Below are positions 11,014-23,880 of a DNA stretch of 64,000 nucleotides, one piece after another. Made by a program: the position numbers and the translations under genes. Source of the DNA: Polymyxa betae A26-41 (lineage: Eukaryota; Protista; Endomyxa: Phytomyxea); contig RBZT01000499.1 of the NCBI GenBank assembly GCA_003693705.1, positions 339,526-403,525 of the forward strand, in the 5' to 3' direction. The first letter of the stretch is position 1. Every line of letters begins with the position of its first letter. The notes under the pieces are model-generated. The model worked only from the letters and a program-made list of their open reading frames with translations. It was not told the DNA's origin and did no database searches.

Positions 11014-12209
11014 CAGAGTTACCCCGCGGTTTAGTGACACCTTAGGATATTGACATCCTCACTTTAGTGACAAATTCGGCCTGACAATTAGTTTCCCATA
11101 CTAATAGTGACAAAGTTGTCACTACCTTGGTTTACTGACATCTGTGGATATTTAAGTGGATGTCACTATTTCGAGGGATAGCAAATATAAGTGAACCCAA
11201 TAAATGTTTTAGTAACAATCTTATAAAAAAATTTCAATCGTTCTTAATTCGTTCTATATGCATTGAGGCCATGGTTCCAGGCTTTACATGATTCACCCAA
11301 GCATGCAAGTGTTGAAGACATTTTTAACGGGGTTCCTTTGCCATGTCCTTCACAGTTATAACTAAGGTAAATCTGATCCATTTCCCCCCATGATTGCGGC
11401 AATAGGAAGTTTTGTTGAGGCTACATCGTCTCTCTTTGTTGGAGGATGCTGATATGATACCGGATGGTCGGTGTAGAGAAAACGAGTCGGGATCCGTAGT
11501 TTTGGATAAAAAAGGAGGTAATCGTAGGAGCTGGATGAGACTATCGAGCTCTTTTCGCTTCTGTTTCGTCAGCAGAAGTTCCTGGATTTGTTATTAATTT
11601 GAGCACAAAATATAGCAAACTTGCTCCTGGACGAATGGAGGACTGCTCAATAAAGGACAAAGCCAATCGAGATCTAGTTGATGCCTCTATGGGACTTTTA
11701 TTCCAACTAGTATAAGGGTCTAGGGTTTAGGGTTTCAAAGCTTAGTGACACCCTTGAGATAGTGACAGAAGTTGACAGACAATTAGGTGGCGAATGACTA
11801 AACAGAGCGCTCCGGGGGCCGCGCCTATTAGTGGCTGCCTGTCTTTGTGGCTGGTAAATATGGCTTTTTTAGGGGCCTTTTTTAGGGGCTTTTCTTAGGA
11901 TGTTTTCTCGGGACTTGTTTTAGGTTTTTTTTTTAATGAAGTTTAGGGGTATTCTACCTCCGGAAAGCAAATTCCAAATCTGCGGCTCCGTGGTCTGATG
12001 GGAAGAATACATATCGCGTTAGCAGATGTCATGTTCAGAGTTCGAGTGCCACGCAGGCGATGTCTTTTTCAGAGAATTGAGTTCATGACTTCCAAAAATT
12101 TCTAAAGTCCCGACGAAACTCCGCAGCCTGCCAGAGCGGAGCGCGGCCCCCGGAGCGCTCTGTTTAGTCTCACGCCAATTAGGTGTCACTAAACCGCGGG
12201 GTAACTCTG
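11014..12209. mobile_element. Non-autonomous Tc1/mariner-pogo-type DNA transposon
   Basis: Perfect 29-bp TIRs CAGAGTTACCCCGCGGTTTAGTGACACCT, TA on both flanks (11012-13, 12210-11), repeated subterminal TAGTGACA motifs, no transposase ORF. Confidence 0.9.
11789..12176. mobile_element. Nested 388-bp MITE with 8-bp TSD, Merlin/IS1595-like ends
   Basis: About 36-bp TIRs GGCG...GACTAAACAGAGCGCTCCGGGGGCCGCGC; exact TSD AATTAGGT at 11781-11788 and 12177-12184. Confidence 0.85.
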
Positions 12210-12274
12210 TACCTAAAATACGATTTACAGACAATAGCAGTTTGAATTCAGGCAATCGCTCTATTCTCAGTTTA

Positions 12275-15200
12275 TCAAGTCAATTTACGAGGCTGACGTT
12301 GATTGGCGATTATTCTGTCCCCTAGACTTAGTGCAATGCCCTGTGTCTTAGCTCTAATGCGTATATAGCCAGAGATGTTTCCATTGTCTAGTTTTTCAAC
12401 ACTGACATTGACGAGCGCATCTTCACCAAAGATACTGCGAGCATACAGATTGATAGCAAGGAAATTGCAATCCGAATATCCTTCTCCACGCTCTGTGATA
12501 CACTTCATATTAGCAAGATTGATAATATGTTCAACATATTCCTCCAAATCCCTATCATATCATGAGTAAACGTGCAACGTGAATAAGTTAAGCATTACTG
12601 TAAATCGGTGTTTACAGGGACCTTGTTCTCCCATTCGAATTCAACCCACATTGTTCTGAAATCGGTATCGGAGCAGGTTGCAGGAACAATGTAATCCATA
12701 ATGTCTAAGAGCACCGTATTCATGACCACCAGTTGCCTCTCAGTAGAGCCACTCATATCGTAAACGATGTTCCCGAATATCATGCCTGATTCGGTAGAGG
12801 ATACCTTGATAATAGCCTGAATGTTGATTGTTCCAAAAGGAGCGATTGTGTGTCCTTGTGGCCTTTCAACTAATTTTAGGTCTCCGCTAGTCGTCAACTC
12901 GACAGAGAGATTCTGCAGAGTCTTGTTCGTTTGGTTGACGATTAGAATATCCAGAACAATATCATATTGATGTACAGTGACGTAAGCTTCACCATAAACA
13001 GGATCACTGAAACCTGTAAGTTGGAACACACGGTTCAGCTTGGTCGAGAACGCATCATTCCCTAAGGCGTCGTTGCTGGAATAAAAAATAAGCCACAACC
13101 CATGCATTACTAGTGACAGAGGTACCCAACAGCTTTCCCGACGTCCTCGTCATCCTCAAGGCCAAACTCGCCTAAGGTGGCACGAGGCTTCAACTGACGA
13201 ATACAAATGCAATCATCCACCTAAACCATCCAAGATCAGAAGGCAAAATCCTAGTTGGAAAGAAAAATACTTGAGCTTTGGGCATTTCGTTTCGCTTGAT
13301 GATTTCAGAAGCCAATCGCCGCTCTTTAAGAACGTCAATAAATACTTCACGACATTGCTTAAGAAATATGTCAGCATGTTTCTGAGGCTCAGTTAACGCT
13401 CGGATACAACTTCTGATTCTATGGAAGTTTAGTTTGCGAGTGAGACAACATGGCGATAGAATACCGATCCAATGAATCTTGATCGATAGGAGTGGCGGCT
13501 GATACAGTGCCATAGCACAGGATACTAGCCATGACGATCAATGCATTTGAAATAACAACATTTGATGAAGGAGTTCCAAATCCAAGCAACTCTGATTCCT
13601 TAAGAGCTAGGGCAAGTTAGCAGAGTCACAACTTCCCCAATTCGTCACATACCAAGTTTAGTTAAAGTATTACAAACAACAGTAGCCAAGAAGTATTGCC
13701 CTTCTTTAATTAGTGAATGCAGTGTAACTTTGCCTAATTACAATATCAAAATACGCTTTCAAACAAAGAGAGAAATCACCATCAGTAACAGAGACGTCAG
13801 TAGGACCAGGGACGGCAACAGTACTTTGTTGAGCATAAGTGCCATCTGACAATATGACCGGACGAGACGAGATCGCATGGGAACCGGGTTCGTCAGATTT
13901 CGGAGTGGGCGCGGTTGGCTCGCCTAATATCAAACTTAGTTTTCCAATTGTGGCAGATCGCTGATGTTTACTTGTTGTCTCAAACGGGATTGGGGCTAGA
14001 GATGAAAGTATTACCGACTTTGCATGTTCTAACAAAAGATTAGCTTCGCCAGTGGCCGAAAAACCAAGAATTACCAATGGCCCTAGAATCGTTAGCATAT
14101 TCGCCGATTACCCATAATGCAACGCGATACACAACTGCCTGCTTGATTTCTGAAAAAGAATCCAGCAATTTCTCAAGAATATTAGAGCGGAGCTATGAAT
14201 CCATAACGTTAAATGTGGAAGAGACGCCATGCAGAAATAAAGCATACATAATCGTACTCCTGAATTATACCCCGGACGTAGTACATGACGTCTAGAGGCC
14301 CCTAAACACAGAGCGAATTGATACTCTTCGATAGAATGATGGCATTAATGTTTACATTTCCTGATTCTTCGCTGATAAAGTTCAATAGCAGAAGCACGAC
14401 GGAGCTTGCAACATCCGGAAACCGCATAGCGCATTCGTACACCGCCTCAACTAGAGAAGCCTTTAGGCACATAATGTATAAATCGAGAAAGAAATGCAAA
14501 CCTAGCAATGTACGATATGGGGAAGCTAGACTGTCATTTGAAGTCTCGGTGGACATTATTTCTTTCTTCAAAAAATTCACCACCTCATGAGCATTGCGGT
14601 TCGAAACTATATATCGAACAATGCCAAGAGTCTTCTTGCGAATATCAATATTTGGAGTTGTTAATGTTCTTAAAATATCCATAATAGATTCCTAACAGAA
14701 ATGTCAGATTCACACCGGCGGGTTGGCGACGCTAACAGAACCTGAACAATTTTTTCGTGACGAGCTCGCAGACTGTCTAGACGATCAAGAACGATTAGTT
14801 TGACATTATGATCGGCTTCAGCCGTGAGAAGCTGGGCCAGTGTAGTGACACAGGCTCTGACGGCAGTTGGAGACGTGGATAATGTAAGCAATGTGCAGGC
14901 TCCTTCGAAAGCAACGGTGTTGGATTCCGAATTCAGCAGAGAATAAACACACCGAATATATTTTCCTTTGCAAGCTGGATCCATGCGGCAAACCTAAACA
15001 GGCTATATTAGAATGGGGTAATCAAGCTTAAATCACACAGACTTTTCGGACGAGTTCTAAGACCACCATTTGGAAACTTTCCCCGAACGTTGGAATCTGG
15101 CCAATAACACTATCCAGATAAACAACTGCTCGACCGATATCACAATGGAAGAGCATCAGAAAAGCATTTCGCTTAGTCTGCAGGTTCGGTTCCGAGACAA

Positions 15201-15893
15201 GCAAGTTAGCAATTTTCTCAGGGGCATCAGGTATCAAATCCGGAAACGCCTAGAGTCTTGCTTGAACCATGTCGTTATCACATATGCAAAGAACTCCTGA
15301 CCTGATAAATCTCGAATACGGCCAGAATGGCGTTCTTCCGAACGTAAGAATGTCGATGGGATAAATTCGATGTAACAACAGGAATCAAAGATTCCAAGAT
15401 TTCTGGATACTTAATCTTGCATAAAAGGCGTAGAGTGGATCCTCTGATATATTCATTAGGACTTTCGAGGTCATTCCTGATGTAGTTGCTGAAACAAGAT
15501 GTAAGCGCTAGAAAGCATAAAAACACGATAGATTGAGAATACCAGACAAGAATCATTTCAGGTAGAAGCTTTCCGCTGCTATCGGTCATATCACAAGACT
15601 CCCAGAAAATCAGCAGAATTTTTTTGATATTATCATCATCGCATTGAAGGCACGATTTGATAACAGGCATTAGCATATTTCTTTGAGATTCTCCATTTAG
15701 CGCAAGTAAAATAATCTGAAGCGCCGTTAATCCTCCAGACATTTTAAAGTTGCCAAACAACCTGCTTCAATGCTATTTTTTTGTCTTCAATATTCGGGCT
15801 GTCCAGCTTCGTTCGGATGTCGTTTGTCTTCACTGATGATATCTCATCATTGTGCATAAGCACAGTGCAGCAACTATCGACTGCATTGGCCAT
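12275..15893 (-). CDS. COPB1: Coatomer subunit beta, multi-exon
   Basis: [97 protein letters not shown]. Confidence 0.97.
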
Positions 15894-16276
15894 ATCGACA
15901 GCTTTCGACTCTAGAGAAATGAGTTATTCTAAATAAGGGGCACTTTATCCGGAAAGAAAATGGCCCAATTTGAGTCTAGCTATACAAAAACAATGCAGCA
16001 AAAACTGTCTGTGAACACACCTGATCAAGTTACGTCGACTCCAATGAAGTCAAATGGAGTCAGCCCGACCTGGGTTCTAAACGAATGGCTAAAGAAATGA
16101 TCTGCTACAAGAAAGAAGCTGGTTTACGAAACGCAAAACTGCGCAGCGATCAACAGTTTAGGTTATCCTGCAGTTGCTCGATTGTGTGAGGATTGGACTC
16201 CAACTGAAGGCCCCGCCAAAACTGCTTCTCGCCTCGTTACTGTTTCTCATTCAGTGGGCAACAATTTGGGGAACTG

Positions 16277-17379
16277 CTAAAGAGTTCGTAATTGACGATA
16301 TCCCTCAAGGCATTTCCATTGCAATCCAATCGCAAACTCAGGAATTGCGATCCTGTTTCTCAACGCACTTAGTGCGAGCAGTCGGTAAAAAAATACCGTC
16401 AAATCGGATTTGAAATGATATGCAAAAGATGACATGTACTGAAAGAAACTGAGAGGCAAAGAGCAATCAACAATAAACTGATGCTGCTCTTTATAAGCAT
16501 CGGTGCGTTTTACACACAGAAGATAAATGAAAATGTTTTCTTGAAACTTCAAGTGATAACTGATAATGTTGTGAGATATCCAGATATGAGATTCAGAACA
16601 ATTCACATAATCGAATGGCTTATTCCTGCGGTGAAGTCTCCTTCAGAAAATTGGCATTTCTGCATCATCGGCAAAGTCACGGTGCCATATTTTGCATGAG
16701 ATCGAGAAAACCTGATAGTTAGCACAGCGAGATGACCAGTCCCAACCCTGAAAGCATTCCATTCCAAAAATACAGTGGAAGCAAAAATCGACTGCATTGG
16801 ACCATAATGGTAGCTTTTTGCTCTGAACAAACGGAACAGTTCTTCATGCGCATAGGGTAAAATTAACTGTACGTAACAAGCTCAAAAAGCATGTTCAAGC
16901 TATGTCGATGCGAAAGAATCGATACAGCAACGCTATGATCAGTCTGAAGATAAAAAGCTGGTTAACCAAAAGTGAAGCGACGAATAGTTACGCATGGAGA
17001 ACCGGGAACCTTGGAACAAAGCCCTTCCGCACCTTGCATTGTCATAGTTCGTGACTAACGTCTCATATTTATTAGCCACAGCAGCAGCATTGAAAAAGTC
17101 AACGAGCACTTTCAACAGAACTACAGAAGGCATGAACAACAGAGCGAGTTCGCAGCTGGAAAGAAGTTTGGGTGACGCATTATTTGTCAATGTGGTAGGA
17201 AAGCCGAAAATAGCGTCAAATTCGGATCTGTATTCACTTAGCGTCGCGACTCGCGATTCAAGACGACGACGGAAACTGGGAGCACTCAATGCAGTATTCA
17301 AAAAATGGCCCCGTTTTCGTTTACAGATGCGCTGCCATAAGGGGGCCAGCCATGAGCCTTGAAACGCTACAACTTCCAT
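16277..17379 (-). CDS. Hypothetical multi-exon protein, boundaries uncertain
   Basis: Co-oriented ORF segments 16277-16606, 16603-16830 and 16939-17379; no recognised motif. Confidence 0.4.
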
Positions 17380-17466
17380 GTCTGAAGGTTGGGGCTCCCC
17401 TGCATATGTCGTTGTAACGCAGCCATACGCCGCCGCCTTTAACAGCCGATTCGGACTGTTAGGGTG

Positions 17467-18456
17467 ATGATGGCTGGCAATAGCGTCAATCCCTTGGCAG
17501 ACATGACGGTCAGCGACCAGAGTGATGTACAGAAGACGCTTCACGTGCTGTCCTTAAGAGTATCGCACCTCGGTTCCCAAGTCGAAAGCCTGCTGGAGAA
17601 CTTCGAGACAAAATTCCACCATCTGTCGGGTCGCATACGTAGTGTCGAGAAGCGTCAGGCAACCATACACTTAGACAATGAATTCATCATTCCTGATACA
17701 AAACGTATCAAAGTCGACGAATTGAAAATTCCTATCCCTGAGACGGAAATAAACTTCATGCAGTCACGATTAACAGGGCCTGTAAAAGACGCCATCCATG
17801 AGCTAGGAAGGTTAGCGCTATTCGATCAAGATGTTGCTTTGAGATTTCTGCAAATCGGATCCGACAAATCGGTAAGGATTGTGTTGGCTTGCCTGACGGG
17901 ATTCCCATTTTTTCTTCTCAGGTAGCAACGGCAGCGCTTCATTCAAAGAATTTACAGCCAGTGCGGGATTCTCTAAATTGGTCATTTCTTCCTGTTGAAG
18001 TAGTCGAGCTTCTTGAGCAACGCTTCGTCAAAACTGTTGCTAAAAAGGTATGGTCCCAAATAAGAGTTACAATTTCTCTAATCTAGTCCCTAGGTTGAAC
18101 ATACGAAAAGGAAAATCCGACAAAACTCACCACAGGATTTATTGACGACTGCGAAGCATGGAAAGACGGAAACGCCTTTTCTAGAACAATTACTAGGACG
18201 TTTAGGAAAAAGTCATGATGCTGGAAACTGCGAAACAACCTGCAGCTCTTTGAATACGTCGAATATGTCGCCGAATACAGCAGCGTCTACATCAGATGAT
18301 GTTATATTCGATGCAAAAGCCGTGTTTGTCGAAATACCTGAACGAAACGGGTCTTTTGAGCATCATTTGGAGATTCAGATTGTACCAGATTGTGAAGAGC
18401 AGTCTGCTGTCAAGAATGACACTGATGATTTATCGAAACTCGCTTCGTTCACTTGA
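17467..18456 (+). CDS. Hypothetical protein with N-terminal coiled coil, three exons
   Basis: GT-AG introns near 17872-17921 and 18048-18093 join the three ORF pieces in frame. Confidence 0.65.
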
Positions 18457-18588
18457 CTCTTTATATAATAGCACAGACATTCATTCATAAAACTATAATA
18501 TTGCAAAGCACATGGTTTGTGAAATACAAAACTCTTTATTGGAGTCCAATGCAGCACAAAGAACTAGAATGATAAATAATCTCAGATA

Positions 18589-19275
18589 TTACTGGATTTC
18601 GATGCGCTTGACATTGCTTGGTTCTGGACTTGTCTTAGGCAAATGCAAGCAAAGAACACCATTTTGGTATTCAGACTTGATGCTGTTGGTGTCGATATTA
18701 TCTGGAAGTCGCATCGATCGAATCGCTTTTCCATAGCGTCGCTCACGAATACGGTTCTGTTCGTCCCCGCTTGACTTTTCTTCTTCGCGATGGCATTCAA
18801 TCTCCAATACGTCACCTGAAACTCGGATATTGAAGTTGGATTTATCCATGCCAGGCACATCAGCTTTCAAGGTCATTTCCTTATCAGTCTCGGAGACATC
18901 GAGGGGTAAATCCTTCGTGGCCAATCAGCTCAAAGAAGAAGCCGCCTCTTGAATGCTTACCACTATAGGGACGCTGACATCAGATAAGGCACCTGTAGTC
19001 CAAGGGGAGAGCCACGATGATTGGCTAAGAGGCGCTCCTCCAGTTGATAATGCTGTAGAAGGTGTCGACACCGTAGAGGAAAGAAGTGGCAACGTCGATG
19101 TAGTGCCGAGCATCGTGGGGAAAGTTCCAAACCCTCCAGCAAAACCGGGACCGAATCCGGGGGTTCCAGCGAGCGAACCGCTAAATAACGGGTCGGAGAA
19201 CGCATCAAAGACGTCGTTGAGACGACGTCGCAATTCAGTGAACTGGCGATCATAAGGTTGACGTCCGAGCATCAT
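18589..19275 (-). CDS. Small heat shock protein (HSP20/alpha-crystallin), intron 18913-18960
   Basis: DVSETDKEMTLKADVPG...ERRYGKAIRSMRLPDNID...YQNGVLCLHLPK, C-terminal IEI motif. Confidence 0.95.
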
Positions 19276-19346
19276 GTTGGCAGCAGCTCTATTGTCAATA
19301 GCAGAAGATGGTATGATTCTGGCTTGAAAATCTCGCAGCCGCCCGT

Positions 19347-19353
19347 TTATATA
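19347..19353 (-). promoter_or_regulatory. TATA box (TATATAA) upstream of HSP20
   Basis: Minus-strand GCCTATATAAAC about 75 nt upstream of the ATG. Confidence 0.55.
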
Positions 19354-19826
19354 GGCAGTCGGACGAACGGATGCCTTGAGCACTGGACGTTCATTCGCTT
19401 AGCTGTTCGTTCATTCATAAATTTAGCTGAGCAGCAACGACACGTACGCATTCATAACATGAGCACAGAGATGCGAATTCATTGGTTTGGAAGCTTACTT
19501 GATATTTCATCCGTTCTTTATGAGATAAGCTAAGCTCGCGAGAATCGAATGGGATCCGCGGCGACCGGGTCGCCACATTTCTGCTTATGCTTCTGACAGG
19601 AATATGGGGAATGAAGAGGGACCTTGGCTCTTACACGTTGGCTTCCTGTAAGAGCTTTTACTACCTGTTGTTCCGCGAGGTCCGTCTTTTCATAGAAGAT
19701 CTGTCAATAAATGGGACAAATCACAAACTCTATGGAACAGAGCAAGAAGGTTTTTCATATGAGAAACATAATGCCCACTTTGCGCAGGTTTTACAAATAG
19801 GTAGTCATGTTGCATTAACTTCATCA

Positions 19827-20908
19827 ATGCAGAGAATTCTTGGGCGTCGTGGGCTGTCTGCACTGGCTGTTGCTTCTCCAATCGATGTGAAGGTCGGGGA
19901 TGGAATTGCAAGGGTGGGATTATCCAAGAAGGATACCCGAAACGCCTTGGGACGGGATATGATCCGTTCATTGCGATCTGCTGTCGCTGACATTGGAGCC
20001 GATTCCAGCATAATAGCCGTTGTTTTTTTCAGCTCGGTGCCAAAAGTATTCTGTGCTGGCGCCGATTTAAAAGTGATATACATCACACTTCGCTGAAACT
20101 CGCTGCTTAATAGCATTTTTCTAGGAGAGAGTGACGATGACTGATGCTGAAGTGTCTCATTTCGTTTCCATTCTTCGACAATCCTTCGTTGAGATAGAGG
20201 TGCAATAGGTTTTGCTGCCAGAGAGTTTGAGTGCTTAATAATATGGCAGCAACTTCCAATGCCAACAATCGCTGCTTTGGATGGCGCAGCTCTTGGGGGA
20301 GGATTAGAGTTAGCATTGTCTTGCGACATTCGAGTCGGTGGTACTGGAGTATTGTTGGGGCTAGTTGAGACCAAACTTGGAATAATTCCTGGGTACCAGT
20401 CCAAATCTGAATTGCTCGCTGGCATTTACACTACTCGTTTAGCGCTGGTGGGACACAACGACTTCCTCGTCTTATTGGAATTCCAAAAGCCAAGGAGCTG
20501 ATCTTCACTGGGAAGCGTCTGGACGGTGCCACAGCTTATAACTTAGGCAAAAAATTCTTTTCAGCATCATGCTTCCTGTGTAGTAATCCTATTTCTTTAG
20601 GGATTTTGAACCATTTCGTCGCTGAGGGATCGGCTTTTGATAAGAGCATGGAGATTGCGAAAGAGATCTCTCTAGGTGTACGTCGCTGTGTCCGTTTAAT
20701 TCGATTTTTACGAATGCATCTGCTTTGACAGGCGCCTTTAGCTCTCCGTGCTGCCAAAACGGCCATCAATGAAGGCATCAACGTGGATATTGCAACAGGC
20801 ATGATTATTGAGAAGCTCTGCTATGCCCAAGTGATTAAAACCGAGGACCGTTTAGAGGGCATTCGAGCCTTTGCAGAAAAGCGCACGCCCCAATATAAAG
20901 GACGTTAA
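19827..20908 (+). CDS. AUH: Methylglutaconyl-CoA hydratase-like enoyl-CoA hydratase, multi-exon
   Basis: [75 protein letters not shown]; Arg-rich presequence. Confidence 0.9.
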
Positions 20909-21011
20909 CCCTTAATACACAATCCACACAATAGAACACCCAAATAAACAAATTGTGTCACTTTATCGCTACTCACCGCGAATCAGTACAGTCGTCCGAT
21001 TTCGTCTTCTG

Positions 21012-22593
21012 ATGCCGTACCAGAGACGAGTCTGGCTGGCGACCGTCCAGATCAGTCTCGTGGTGCTCGCTCAGGGTCTTGCCGAGCCCAGCGTTTTCAA
21101 CTTTGCCTCGTCGGTGGCGGGCGCTAAAGTTCTGGCTTCCAGCAGCGGCATCTCAACGGCTCAGGCGAGAACGAATCCTAACGAGAGGTGCTATGAAACT
21201 AACGCGATCTATAGGGATGTTTAGATCCTGATCCTGATCGTTATCTCTTGATAGAACGAAATAATAAACGGGTCGAATGGATTGTCATTCAGCTCAGCGA
21301 AGGTCTGCAAGATGTTTGTATTGTATTGGTGCTTAAATTGATTCGGTGCTAATAGATATAACGCCGAAGCGCATCGAGCTTCAAAATTCAGAGTACTATG
21401 CTACATCGCCGAGATTAATTGAGGTCAGCTTGATGGGATCTCGAACATTTAACCATTAATATATCCATGAAATTAGGTTTCAGCTAGCTCTCTTTGGCCT
21501 ACAGATCAATGGGCCCTGCTGGGAGAACTAAAAGTTCACAAAACTCGGCAAATGCAATCGTTTCGGATAGAAACCGATAAACTATATAGGTTAGCTGATC
21601 TCTCTCGCCGCTCTAATTAGCTGAATCTGACAACAGGTATTTGAAGATAAGAGTTAAAGGTGCCCATGAGCCCTCTCGCTTATGCACATTGACGTCTTTC
21701 AAAGTTTTCGGAATTCCAGCTCTACAACCGGCCATGTATTTGCCTTCAAATAACCACTTCGCTGTCCATTCTAAGTGTGTTAGGTCACGTCTGGATGCTG
21801 CAGATGCTGGAATCGAACAGTTGGTATCTTTCAGCCATCGACTTCCAAATCTCCCACAACCGGTTTATTTAGAGAAAGAAGTCTGAGCTTAAAACATTTG
21901 CTGATTCGTTTCACCTCAAAATTGTCTACAGAACTCTTGCCCGATTCCGAGTTTTAACGCTGCCATGCTCTTGGATTCCACTATAAAATCTGGCTCAATC
22001 GTAGCGCCGGTCCAGGCCGATTTGCGAGCTTTGTGGGATATTGAAGGTGCTGGTGGCGTCGGCTCACTGTTATCCACATTCTGACATTTTTTCAATTCAG
22101 AATCTCGACCTTCAGAGAATGGTTCAATCTACTCAACACTGATGTCACGTTTGCAAACAATTGCTCGAAGACAAAAACTATCGCAATCTAACACGCAAGC
22201 TGTTTTGGAGCGTTCTCGACTCTCCCTATCACATTTAAAAGACCACATGACGTATCTAGACAGAAAAGCCATGCAAGTTGATGCAAAGGTTATTGAATAG
22301 TGAGCAAACTTTATCGCATCTGAAACTGTGCCTCTTTAGCAACGAAGCCATCTCCAAACACACAGCGATTTGCTTCAATTCTCGCAGCTACAGGTTCATT
22401 GCGATCTGTTAACTCGAGCTGTGCCAAGGTGCAATGAGAGAGTTTCCTTCGTATGTCTCTGGATCTGATAATGCCTAGGTTAGCAGAACGAGCTGAGCAG
22501 TTTGAGAGAGACTTAAACACTGTTATTTATCTTGCAATTGGAGCTGCTATCAGCTCTGCTGTGTTATTGAGTGCTCTGTTCTATAAATTCTAG
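21012..22593 (+). CDS. SUN-domain (mid-SUN/SLP1-SUCO-like) membrane protein, multi-exon
   Basis: Signal peptide, FNFASSVAGAKVL, WIVIQLSE, IELQNSEYY, YLKIRV...LCTLTSFKVFG, coiled coil, C-terminal TM VIYLAIGAAISSAVLLSALF. Confidence 0.82.
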
Positions 22594-23080
22594 CGCTGTT
22601 CGTTCACTTTGACTGAGAATGTTTCTGGAGAAAGCTTTCCTCACAGGATCGATAGCAGTCTGTGTCTGTCGATCGTTATCCCAACTATGAGATGGTGCCG
22701 ATCAGCTCCGGAACCAAGATAAATCGTTCTGAGGTCGAGCATTCAGCCTCACCTGTCAACATTATTGTTGATGTCTTCTGTCTAGCTGCTTCGAAATGTC
22801 AATCGATTCTTGAAAACGGATTATTCGTCGATGTCCGACCTTAGCGATGGTATGACATTTCCATGGTTTGATCGGGTCCAAATCTCAATTGATCAGGTGT
22901 GGCTTTCGCTCAGATTCTCCATGCCTGTCTTCCTGATCACTTGCCTCTTTGCAAAGTCAACTTCAACGTGAAAAACAAACTACAAGCATTGAAAAACTTG
23001 AGTATTGTTGAGCAGACGTTGAGAAGCTCTGACTTGCTCAAGACCTGTCCTAGTAATTAGCATTCAACCTTCTCTACTAA

Positions 23081-23563
23081 TCATGTAACAATCTGTGTCA
23101 GAACATAAGATTGCTGCCCGATCGTCGTTGGAAATCTATCAGTTTCTAAGATGGTGTTGGACGTTAATGACCAACAATTACAGTCATGTGGTTGTCCCAT
23201 ACAGGTATCTAACAGCAGCACATTTCTGCCTACCAATTTCTTACGTATACTCTCAGGGCAGACGAATGGCGAAATGCCATCCAGCAAAGTACTACGGGTA
23301 GCTTGATCTGTAATATTTGGAAGGGATTCGCTCACTGATGCAGAGAAATTGGAGCATCCAGACCTTGGCCTCGATTCGAGTGAGAATAACTTCAATTCAG
23401 AAACAGGCAGGTTGTGCAAGGAGTTAGAAGACGACATCATATCACGAATGTCTTCGTTGAAAACATCGTTGACGGAATTGAATAAGTTGAGATCGTATAA
23501 CGACTTGCTCCGACATGATGTAGCCAAGCTCAGGGCAAGTGTTTGCTTTGGCTTGTTTGCCAT
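23081..23563 (-). CDS. Hypothetical protein (probably first exon of a gene extending toward 22600)
   Basis: 160-aa ATG-initiated ORF, no recognised domain. Confidence 0.4.
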   Translation of the reverse strand: MANKPKQTLALSLATSCRSKSLYDLNLFNSVNDVFNEDIRDMMSSSNSLHNLPVSELKLFSLESRPRSGCSNFSASVSESLPNITDQATRSTLLDGISPFVCPESIRKKLVGRNVLLLDTCMGQPHDCNCWSLTSNTILETDRFPTTIGQQSYVLTQIVT

Positions 23564-23880
23564 TCTACATTACTGAGTTATATTCCTTAGGCTGCCTGTG
23601 AAGAACACGCTCGTCATCCGCTTGCTGTGAGGCTATTAGCATGTATCAGACCTCAAACGTCGGAAACACGAATTATAAAGACCATTGGATAGGATTTAAT
23701 TCTTGTGAATGTCTAAAACCCATAATCGATTGAAGAGATGTAACTAGCCTTACAAATACAATATGAAGAAGTCGAAGAATAAAAACGAATATGCAGGATG
23801 TTGTGGTTGCAACAATTCTTCCAGAATGGATTTCAATTGCGAGGCAAAATCTACTTACTGGCCGCATTTACATATCTGTC

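Noticed and set aside
11412-12255. ORFs 11412-11597 and 12019-12255 as transposase
   Set aside because: Short, no DDE/HTH motifs, and one crosses element boundaries
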